DNA from: Eledone cirrhosa
Lineage: Eukaryota
DNA length: 64,000 nt
Direction: 5' to 3'
NCBI GenBank assembly: GCA_964016885.1
Contig: OZ024747.1
Span: forward strand, 27,280,001-27,344,000
The notes under the pieces were generated by a model that saw only the letters and a program-made list of their open reading frames with translations, was not told the DNA's origin and made no database searches. Position 1 is the first letter of the stretch. Every line of letters begins with the position of its first letter. A program made the translations under genes and the position numbers. This document shows, in pieces, positions 13,590-24,754 of this stretch.

Positions 13590-15600
13590 GATGTTTGCTG
13601 TATATATTGTAGCTGATGACTGCTGGTGTATATATACTGTAACTGATGATTGCTGTATATATACTGTAACAGATGATTGCTGTATATATATATTGTAACT
13701 GATTACTGCTGTATATATACTGTATATATATTGTAACAGATGATTGCTGTATATATACTGTAACTGATTACTGCTGGTGTATATATATTGTAACAGATGA
13801 TTGCTGTATATATACTGTAACTGATTACTGCTGCTGATGTATATATATTGTAACAGATGATTGCTGTATATATATTGTAACTGATTACTGCTGCCAATGT
13901 ATATATATTGTAACTGATAATTGCTGTATATATATTGTAACTGATTACTGCTGCTAATGTATATATATTGTAACAGATGATTGCTGTATATATATTGTAA
14001 CTGATTACTGCTGCTAATGTATATATATTGTAACTGATAATTACTGTATATATATTGTAACTGATTACTGCTGCTAATGTATATATATTGTAACAGATGA
14101 TTGCTGTATATATACTGTAACTGATTACTGCTGCTGATGTATATATATTGTAACTGATAATTGCTGTATATATACTGTAACTGATTACTGCTGGTGTATA
14201 TATATTGTAACAGATGATTGCTGTATATATATTGTAACTGATTACTGCTGCTGTATATATACTGTAACTGATTACTGTTGCTAATGTATATATATTGTAA
14301 CAGATGATTGCTGTATATATACTGTAACTGATTACTGCTGCTAATGTATATATATTGTAACTGATGATTACTACTGTATATATATTGTAACTGATTACTA
14401 CTGCTAATGTATATATATTATAACAGATGATTACTGCTGTATATATACTGTAACTGATTACTGCTGGTGTATATATATTGTAACTGATTACTGCTGCTAA
14501 TGTATATATATTGTAACTGATGAATACTGCTGTATATATACTGTAACTGATTACTGCTGGTGTATATATATATATATATTGTAACTGATGATTGCTGTAT
14601 ATATACTGTAACTGATGATTGCTGTATATATACTGTAACTGATTACTGCTGGTGTATATATATATATTGTAACTGATGATTACTGCTGTATATATACTGT
14701 AACTGATGACTGCTGCTAATGTATATATATTGTAACTGATGATTACTGCTGTATATATATTGTAACTGATGTCTGCTGCTAGTGTATATATATATTGTAA
14801 CTGATGACTGCTGCTGTATATATATTGTAACTGATGCCTGCTGGTGTATATATATATATTGTAACTGATGATTGGTGTATATATATTGTAACTGGTGACT
14901 GCTGGTGTATATATATATATATATATTGTAACTGATGACTGCTGTATATATATTGTAATTGGTGACTACTGGTGTATATATATATTGTAACTGATGTCTA
15001 CTGGTGTATATATATATTGTAACTGATGTCTACTGGTGTATATATATATTGTAACTGATGTCTGCTGCTGTATATATATTGTAACTGATGACTGCTGGTG
15101 TATATATATTGTAACTGATGTCTGCTGCTGTATATATATATATTGTAACTGATGACTGCTGCTGTATATATATTGTAACTGATGACTGCTGGTGTATATA
15201 TATTGTAACTGATGTCTGCTGCTGTATATATATATATTGTAACTGATGACTGCTGCTGTATATATATTGTAACTGATGTCTGCTGCTGTATATATATATA
15301 TTGTAGCTGATATGATATCTGCTGCTGTATATATATATTGTAACTGATGTCTGCTGCTGTATATATATTATAACTGATGTCTGCTGCTGTATATATATTT
15401 TAACTGATGTCTGCTGCTGTATATATATTTTAACTGATGTCTGCTGCTGTATATATATTTTAACTGATGACTGTTGGTGTATATATATTGTAACTGATGT
15501 CTACTGGTGTATATATATATTGTAACTAATGACTGAAAGTGTATATTGTAACTGGTGACTGCTGGTGTATATGGTAGCTGCTTACTGCTGATGTATATAT
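13590..15600. repeat. ~30-36-bp minisatellite with variable internal (TA)n (GTATATATATTGTAACTGATGACTGCTGCT)
   Basis: About 60 tandem units, partly with an alternating two-unit structure. Confidence 0.95.
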
Positions 15601-15699
15601 ATATATACATTATATATATATATATATATATATAGGAACGAGTAGGACCCCGACGACTGAGCTCAAGCCGTTTCGACGGCTAATTCTGGACGCACATTT

Positions 15700-16878
15700 C
15701 TTTCGTTATATATTATGTTAACTTTAAATCTAACCATCCTACTAATATCAAGAATGCTATAGTTAGTAATATTGGAAAAAGAATATCTAACCTATCTTCT
15801 AATAAATACATCTTTGATGCTAACGCCAATTACTATAATAACGCGCTTTCTAAAGCCGGCTATCCTGATAAAATCAAATATAGTAAAGAAACAAATTCTA
15901 GAAGAACTTACAGTAGAATAATTAATCATGATCATTCCAATAACTTTAATAAAAGACCTAGATACAAAAACATAATCTGGTATAATGCTCCTTTCTCCAT
16001 CTCTATTAATAATAATATTCCTAAATTATTCTTTAGTGCCTTAAATAAATGCTTCCCTCCCTCACATATCTATAGTAAACTATTTAACAAACACACCATC
16101 AAATTTTCGTATTCTACATCCTCCAACATTTCCAACATTATCTCTAAACACAACAATAAAATACTAAATACTAAATCTCTTCCTTCCAACACTGAATATT
16201 ATAATAATAGTAATAGTACTCCCAACGTCATTGTAAACCCTAGGCTAATTTCTGCAAACCCAAATACAACGTCAAACACAACTTCGCTAAATGTTCTTAA
16301 TCCCATTCTAAATCAAGAAACTATTATTCCTATCGCAAACAACTTTTCCAATCCAATTCATTCTATAGATAACACTAGGTCACTCGTTAATAATCTCTCT
16401 AATCGCAATTGCAATTGCCCTGTTAAAAATAAATGTCCTCTCAACAACCAATGTCTTGATAAAAACTTAATTTACGAATGTAAAGTTATAACTGACACCA
16501 ATTCCTTCACCTATTTTAGCTCCACTTCCACCTCTTTTAAAGCTCGTCTTTATAACCATTATTCGTCTTTTAAATACAAACTTAAAAGAACCAACACGGC
16601 TCTCTCAGAACTCATAAGGTCCTTGAAAGACAAAAATATTAAATATAGCATCTTTTGGAAGAAGGTTTCTTCTGCGTCTCCATACTTGAACAGTTCTCTA
16701 TCCAAGATTTGCAATCTCTGTCTAAATGAAAAATTTACCATTATATCTAATTTAGATTCTATAATAAATAGACGCACTGACTTGTTTTCTATCTGCTTGC
16801 ATAAATTCCATAAAACATTCCACAAAGTATACAGCTAATATCCAAATCTTTATCAATTTAGAATCTTTTTCTCAAAGG

Positions 16879-16933
<55 letters not shown>

Positions 16934-17900
16934 TTCTTTAAAAATATACCCATCTTTCTACCTTATTTCAAAGGTTTTATTATACATTATATAATACTTG
17001 TTACTCATTCTATATCGCTCCTATTTTTCTTTTAATGTCTAACCCCTAATCTGTACCTTTTCTCACTGTTGCCTAACATAGAATCAATTATTACATAATA
17101 CAATGCATTCTTACTCTATATCACCTTGTAAAAATCCTTCGTAAACATAACATTTTTTTGACGTTAGATTATTCATCCTCAATTCATTATTCTTTTCTCC
17201 CTTTCATCTAACTCATTCATGCTCATCTCACAATATATCCTTACTTAAATTACCTGTTATTCTTTTTAATAATACATATCAACATTTTCTTTCCATCGCA
17301 CATATTATTAAACCCTTAAATATCATTCTTAATACATATTAATTTTTTCTTTCCATCGCACATGTTATTAAACCCTTAAATATTATTCTTAATACATATT
17401 AACATTTTCTTTTCATCGCACATATTATTAAACCCCTCAATATACAAACCTTAACTTTACATTATTTTTCTCTTCGTTAATTTTCAAATTCTTTTAATTT
17501 ATACATTATCTTCCAACGGTTTTCAACCTCTCTATGTAAAACAATATATCTTTCTCAGTTATAAAAGCTATCTCTCTCTCTCTAACACCCATCTCTCCTC
17601 CTATCTCATCCTTCCTCATTATACTCCTCCCTCTCCATGTTTTACTCTCATCTCCTCCTCTTGTTCATCCTTTCCACCCCACCTCCCTCAAAATAAAATA
17701 TTTTTCCCAATATCACACATCAATCTAAAACTACTTCTCATATGTTGATTTAAAACTGCACTATCCACAAGTGTTTTTCAACCTTCATATCATGTCTTCC
17801 TGTTTTATCTGATGAAAACACAAATATTATTGCATGATGATATTTGTTTTTGAAATGCGCATAATAAAATACATGGAACTCTTTTAACCATCTTTTGTTC
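15700..17900 (+). mobile_element. Penelope-like retroelement (Naiad-like), 5'-truncated: RT thumb, GIY-YIG endonuclease, 3' repeat region
   Basis: Frame open without ATG from 15714 to 16838: YVNFKSNHP...ALSKAGY...IIWYNAPFS...KLFNKHTIKFSYS...CNCPVKNKCPLNNQCL..NLIY...YFS.TSTSFKARLYNHYSSF...CNLCLNEK. Hammerhead near the 3' end; 60-bp x3 repeat at ~17270-17440. Confidence 0.9.
17801..17871 (+). ncRNA. Minimal type I hammerhead ribozyme
   Basis: Stem I TGTTTTAT/ATAAAATA; core CTGATGA 17809-17815; 16-bp stem II with one mismatch and GCAT loop; GAAA 17852-17855; palindromic stem III ATGCGCAT; AUA cleavage triplet 17861-17863. Confidence 0.85.
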
Positions 17901-17916
17901 TTATATATATATATAC

Positions 17917-17962
<46 letters not shown>

Positions 17963-17970
17963 ATATATAT

Positions 17971-18002
<32 letters not shown>

Positions 18003-18218
18003 ATATTATATATATATATATTATATATATATATATATTATATATATATATATATTATATATATATATATTATATATATATATATTATATATATATTATA
18101 TGTCCCTTTATAATAATAATAATGAAATTATTGTGTAAAGTGCTCAGGTGCACTACAACTGGTCAATATAGTACATAGAATAATACACAAATGCCAGGGA
18201 AGTACATGTTTGTATGTG

Positions 18219-21045
18219 TTAGCTGTAGTGTTGGCGGATCTCGGGAAGCATGGAGGCCTTAAAGGATGCAGTGTCTCGACAGCTAACAACTGATGCAGGT
18301 AGTTTGTTCCATGCTTCAGCAACTCTGAGCGTGAAAAAATGTTTCCGAAAGTCATGGGAACTGTGCTGTTTTCTTACTTTGTGGGCATGTCCACGTGTGT
18401 TAGACACATGGAAATCAAAAAGGCACTCAGGGTTGTTGTTGGCAACATGGTTAACAATCTTGTGGGTGTTTACCAAGTCAGTTGCCAGGCGTCGGAGCTT
18501 CAATGAATCCATGCCCAGGGAAGCAAGGCGCTCAGAGTATGGTAGATGCCTGATGGAGGGTATTCGCTTGGTTGCACGTCTCTGAACAGTTTCCAGGCGG
18601 TCAATGTCCTGAGCAAGATAGGGGTTCCAGACTGGTGATGCAAATTCTAAGTGTGGTCGCACCATAGCTGTATACAGCCTTAAATAGATATCTGGAGAGC
18701 GGCTGACAAAGGTCTTGCTGAGTGATGCTAAGACACCCTCGGCCCTCTTGACAATTTTAGAGCCGTGCCTCGTCCAACGCAAATCGCTGCTGACCGTAAT
18801 GCCCAGGTCACGTTCACAGGAAGACTTCTTGATATTAGTGCTGTGGAGGGAATATGTGGACACTGGGTTTTTACTCCCAAAATGCATGGTGGTGCACTTG
18901 TCCACAGCTAGCTTGAGTTGCCAGTCTGAGATCCACTGTTGCATTGTGTCCAGGTCAGACTGCAAGCAAGATCTATAGTGTTCAGGATCTGTCCTTTTTA
19001 TCTCAAGGTACAGCTTGATGTCGTCTGCGTACTTTAGTACTGTGGCATTCCTTAAGTTGGCATCTATGTCATTAATAAATGCCACAAACAAAAGGGTGCC
19101 AAGAACAGATCCCTGAGGTACACCAGATGACATCTCATATGGTGAGGAATGCTGTCCCAGAACCGTGACTACCTCTCTTCGACTGAGAATGAAGGACTTC
19201 AACCAGTTAAAAAGATCATCCTTCACACCCATTGCAGAGAGTTTTGCCATAAGCCTTTTGTGTGGCACAGAATTGAAGGCCTTCGCAAAGTCAAGGTAAA
19301 CAACATCCACCCATGAGCCGCCATCAGTGATCCGGGTGATGTCCTCAAGAAACTCTATAAGTTGATCACAGCAGCTGGAGTTGGGGATAAATCCAAATTG
19401 CGAGGGCCGGATAAGACTGTGAGAGCTCCAGAAGTTCCAAAGTGTTTCTCTGACACAGGATTCCATCAGTTTGGCGATGCAACTAGTAAGACTGACTGGA
19501 CGATAGTTCACAGGTGATGTGCGGTCACCCTTTTTGAACAGAGGAATTACACTGGCAGTTTTCCACTGTTCTGGAGTAGCACTGTTGTTCAGACAGAATT
19601 GGAAGAAGCGTGATAACTGGTGTAGAAGGAAGTACCCACCACGTTTAAGAAGCAGGTACGTAACACCATCAAGACCAGGAGAGGCATGGTTGCGTTTATT
19701 TTTTAGGTGACGTCGCAGCATTGCAGGTGTAAATTCCATGGTTGTAATAGAGTCCGGTGTCATAGGTGGTGGAGATGGTACACTCTGGTCTTCAATGGTG
19801 AAAATGCCTGCATAGCATTCAGCAATGAGCTCTGCGCATTCCTTTGGGTCGTCAGTAACCTGGCTTGTGTGGGGATTGCGAAGAGGACCAACTGGAGAGT
19901 GAGGCCTCTGCTTTGAGTGAACATACTTCCAGAACACCTTACTGTCAGGGCTGGTTGCTATGCGCTGCTCAAATTGAAGCACTGCCTTTTTTGTCACCTG
20001 TTTGAGGTGGTTGGACGATCTATTTCGCCTCTTCCTATTAATGTCTGATTTGTGAAGTTTGTACTCACGTTCAGCATTGCGCCGTTCTTTTCTGGCAAGA
20101 CGGACTGCTGCAGTCTCCCAAATTGCGCTTTTAGGATGTTTTTTCCGCTTATGTGGCACCGATGCTGCACATGCTGTCCATATTGAGCTCAGGATGTTCT
20201 GGAGTACAGTGTTGACATCTCCAGAGTCATAGAACTCAAGCCAGTTTGGCCATTGCAACTCGGTGCAGTAACAGTTCCAGTCTGCTTTATTCCAGTCAAA
20301 GTGAGCAGTTTGGAGATGGTTGTGGTTCTTGTTACTGCCCATGAGGGATAGATTGGCAATGATCATAGCATGATCAGAGTCACCTAAAGGTTCCTCAGCA
20401 GAAACACTAATGACCGTTTCAGGAGTAGTGGTGAAGAGTAGGTCCAAAGTGTTGTCACCTCTCGTTGGGGAGGTGACCACCTGGGACCAACTCGAGTCCA
20501 GCACCAGCTCAAGGAAGTCATTTGCACTTGGCGGCCAACGAAAGGTCTCCCAGTCAATCTCAGGGTGATTGAAGTCACCTGCAATGAAAACATAAGTGGC
20601 TGTCTTCCTGGCAGCAGCTCTGAGGATATCACAAAGTTGAGTGTCCTGATGGTAATTTGGGGGACGGTAAACGACTCCAAGTAGCAGTGTTGACATGGTC
20701 ATACGTATATCGCAGAAAAAACTTCCTGCTGTGATTGGTTCAAATCAGCACAAGGAATTGCCGACAGATTTGACCGAACGTAGACCATTACACCACCACC
20801 ACGACGATTAATACGGTCTTTACGAAACAGGTTGTAGCCAGTCATGCTGAAAACCCCATCACAGAGTAAGGGATGTGCCCAAGTTTCCGTGACTGTAATG
20901 AAGTCCGGGTTGATACTTTTGACGTAGGAGTCAAAAAGATGAATCTTATTGCATAGACTACGTGCATTCAAGGACAACAGTTTGTACTTTGATTCCAGTC
21001 TATGATTATGTGCAGGGGATGGCAGGTTGTTCTGATTTAGTTTCC
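18219..21045 (-). CDS. CR1 ORF2 (APE endonuclease plus reverse transcriptase), one frameshift in a homopolymer near 20718
   Basis: ORFs 20699-20977 and 18219-20702 join across the T6 run; the frame stays open upstream to the ORF1 stop with no ATG. Confidence 0.85.
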
Positions 21046-22201
21046 CAGAGTTTTTTCAGTTTCTTTATTGTCAGTTGTTGTGGGTACACTGTTTTCAGAC
21101 CAGCTGGTGTCTCTTTTCCATGATTCGCCAGCCTTAACAAACTTCCATATCTGCCCATCATCTCGTAGGCTGAAGCTTTCATGTTCTGCCGAGCTGCGGT
21201 TTAGGGAAGCTGCAGCACGCAACTTTGGGCGGACATCAGGTGGAAGACCAGGACGTGTTCGGAAAGCAATCCGACTTTCACGCCTAGCTTTATCAGAGGC
21301 TACAAGGTATGAACGTGCCTCAGCCGAGTTTGAAAACGACAGTCTAATTAACCTGGGTTTCGGGCCTGGTCGGCCAAGGCGTAGAGCACCCTTTGCGGGA
21401 GCACAGCCCAGGTCTTTGGATGAACTGGCAGCAAATGCCTGAAGATCAACTATGTCTTCCGGCACACCAATGGCAATCACTTCGTGGTTTGCAGATTCAG
21501 TGGCATTCTCAATGCGTCTAGGTTCAACATGAGGTACGCGGAGATTTTTTAACAAGGCACTCCGGTAAGATCCCTCATTGTGGGGTTCTACACGAACGCT
21601 TGATTTTATTTCCGCTATTTCTTGACTTAAAGCGGAAATCATTTGCCGTATTTCCTCAAACTCCGTATTGACGGTCGGTTTTTGTTGTTGTTCTTCTCCT
21701 TCAACAGGCATGGTAGAAGACACAGTCGTCGGTTGTTGTTGTTGAAAAGTAACGGGTGAGGAAGACATGGGTTGCTGTTGTTGATGAAGTCCTTCAACGG
21801 GGGTAGTAGCAGAAGCTACGGTCGTTGGTTTTTGCTGTTGTTCAGGAACAATGGTAGAGGAAGACACGATCCTCGGTTTTTGTTGTTGTTGTTCAGGAAC
21901 AATGGTAGAAGACACGATCTTCGGTCTTTGTTGTTGTTCCGCAGCAATGGGAGAAGCAGGCATACAGTCCAGGCACTGAAAGGACCAGTTTGTTAGCTGG
22001 ACCATCTCCCAGAGTCTATCCATCGTAGCAATGTGATGTTTCTTATTTTGGCCTGGGATCTTCCGGAAGCCTGTGGCGCATTGAAGGCAGACAGAGATGT
22101 GACAGGTTCCACATTCGACCCAACGATTACGGAACGAGTTTTCGGGTTCCGTACAGATATGGCAGGTGTGATCTTCCGGGCAATGTTCTATTTTTGGACA
22201 T
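21037..22201 (-). CDS. CR1 ORF1 (N-terminal PHD-like Zn finger, Q-rich repeats, coiled coil)
   Basis: Frame extends upstream of the listed ORF: CHIC...WVECGTC....CLQC...WSFQCLDC. The ATG at 22201 is out of frame by one base in an A5 run. Confidence 0.75.
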
Positions 22202-22290
22202 CAACCAGTTTTGTCGCAAATTTCATCGATGGATATCACCATGGCAATTTTGTTATAATATATATATATATATTATATATATATATATAT

Positions 22291-22341
<51 letters not shown>

Positions 22342-22343
<2 letters not shown>

Positions 22344-24576
22344 CATCATCATCATCATCATCAACGTTTAACGTCCGTGTTCCACGCTTGCATGGGTTTG
22401 GACGGGGGTAGTCCCACTTGAGGCAAGAGTGATTGTCTTGCTCGCATAGGACTGTCTGGCAGGTTTTCTACAGTTGGATGCCCTTCCTAACACCAACCAC
22501 ATTTACAGTGTGGGTCTGGGAGGTTTTTACCGTGTTGCCTACACGGCCACATTACAGCGTGGACTGTGTGTTTTTTTTGTCGTGACACCTACACGATCTC
22601 ATTTGTTTCGGCCTCGATGGCGCGGCACCAACATAACTTTACATAGAACGGGGTGGTGTGGATCGGGTGGGGGTGGGGGTGGTGGGACGGGGTGTATTTT
22701 GTTAGAGATGCCTACTGGCTGGAGTAGGTTTTACTATATATTTAGGTAAGGCGGGTCTTCTCTGTTACTGAGTACCGCCAAAGGTCTCGGTCCAGTGACA
22801 TTGTCTTGGAGAGGTGTAAGTGTGTGATGTCGGAGTTTATCAGCTCGTCCCAGGTTTTTCTAGGTCTGCCTATTCCGTGACTACCGTCTATCTTTATTGC
22901 CCTGCACTTTGTTATACAGCTATCGACTTTCATGCGCATCACGTGTCCATACCAACGTAGCCTTCTCTCGAGTAAACAACATCTGATCCCTCTTATCTCT
23001 AATTTTTTCCTTAGTTCGTTTATGCTTTGCCGTTCACGTATATTACTGTTACACATCCAGCGGAGCATGCAAGCTTCGTTCCTCTCTAGTCTGCGTATAT
23101 CCTCTGCACACAATGCCCAGGTCTCACTGCCATGCAGCATTGCTGTTCGTATGCAGGCATCGTACAACCTGCCTTTCATTTTTAGTGAGAACCCTTTAGC
23201 AGCTAATAGTGGTATAAGCTCTCTGAACTTTTTCCAACCAGTTCTGACTCTAGCTACAGTACTTTCAGAGCACCCTCCCCCACTGCTGATTTTATCGCCC
23301 AGGTAACGGAAGCTGTCCACTATTTCTATAGAACCCTCTGCGCAATTGAAAGAGCTAGTAGTTTGTGGGCACTTGCTGCTACTTATTGCACCAGAGCACC
23401 GGCCACATGTAAAATCTATGTTCTTAGTTAGCTTACCTGTGATTCCACTACATCTTTTATGCACCCATACTTTGCATTTAGGACATAAAATGGAGTTTCT
23501 ACCTACGCCTTTCCTACACACCGAGCACGACCATTTCCCAGAAGGGACCGCCGCCTTGTTTTCTTTCCTACAAACTAGTACTTTGGTCTTAGCCAGGTTA
23601 ATTTTAAGTCCTTTTGACTCTAGGCCGTGCTTCCATGTTTGGAATTTCTTCTCTAGCTCGGCCATTGATTCCGCTATGAGTGTCAGGTCGTCTGCGTATA
23701 GGAGTTCCCATGGGCAGCCTGTCTTGAACTCCTCTGTTATAGCCTGAAGGGCAATAATAAATAGTAGTGGACTGAGAACAGAGCCCTGATGGACGCCAAC
23801 TTTTACGCTAAACTCTTCACTATATTCGTTGTTAATTCTAACCTTGCTGACTGTTTCTTTATACATGGCTTGTATAGCCCTCACAAGCCATTCGTCAACG
23901 CCTAGTTTTCTAAGAGCCCACCAGATAATGGAGCGGGGGACTCTGTCGAAGGCTTTCTCCAAGTCGACAAAAGCTAAGTAGAGGGGTTTACCTTTAGCTA
24001 GGTACTTCTCCTGTAGTTGTCGTACTATGAAAAGAGCGTCTGTGGTACTTTTGCCTGACACAAACCCGAACTGCATTTCATCTAGGTCAATTCTCTCTCT
24101 GATTAGTTGCGCTATTACTCTTTCCGTGACCTTCATGACCTGGTCGATTAATTTAATGCCTCTATAGTTACTCCTATCTAGGGCGTCTCCTTTACCCTTA
24201 TAACAGTTAACGATGATGCTGCTATGCCAGTCCTTCGGAACAACCCCATTCTGTACGACTTGGTTAACTATGCGGGTGACCATGGTGTGTCCCACCGTGC
24301 CAGATGCCTTCAGCATCTCAGCAACTATTTCCGAAGGCCCAGCCGCCCTACCAGTCTTCATATCCTTGATTGCCTTACTTATTATACTCCCCTCGACTAA
24401 CACTGCTGGTCCCTCTATTGGGTCGATATGGGGGAGACTGCCTTTCTCCCAATTATTCTCCTCATTTAGAAGCCTTTCATAGTGACACTTCCAAGCTACC
24501 TTCTTATCAGCGTCGGTGATGGCAAGTGTGCCATCGTCGTTTAGTACACACTTCTCCCCGACAATATCACGGTTTT
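22342..24576 (-). mobile_element. RTE-clade LINE, 5'-truncated copy 2 with uninterrupted RT frame
   Basis: ORF 22742-24403 (open up to the truncation point), 3' UTR, (TGA)n tail at 22342-22362. Confidence 0.95.
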
Positions 24577-24584
24577 AGTATTAA

Positions 24585-24655
24585 TGCATCGGCCGGGAAT
24601 CGAACCCGGGCCGCCCGCGTGGCAGGCGAGCATTCTACCACTGAACCACCGATGC
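24585..24655 (-). tRNA. tRNA-Gly(GCC)
   Basis: GCATCGGTGGTTCAGTGGTAGAATGCTCGCCTGCCACGCGGGCGGCCCGGGTTCGATTCCCGGCCGATGCA: 7-bp acceptor stem, intact A and B boxes, GCC anticodon, no CCA, no adjacent T-run terminator. Confidence 0.97.
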
Positions 24656-24712
24656 TTACATATATATATATATATATACATTATATATATATATATATAT
24701 ATATACATATAC

Positions 24713-24747
<35 letters not shown>

Positions 24748-24754
<7 letters not shown>

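Larger units (their letters stand above)
18110..22257 (-). mobile_element. Near full-length CR1-group LINE (ORF1 with PHD-like finger, ORF2 APE-RT, (ATT)n tail)
   Basis: ORF2 has APE motifs (LNARSL, VTETW, GDFNHP, LDLLF, SDH) and RT motifs (YLDFAKAFNSV, GVPQGSVLG, YADDIK) with CR1-type C-terminus (VRPHLEFASPVWNP, TRGHAHK). (TA)n on both sides. Confidence 0.93.

Noticed and set aside
15660-15682. GAAAC-containing hairpin as a further hammerhead
   Set aside because: No CUGANGA in a compatible position on that strand.
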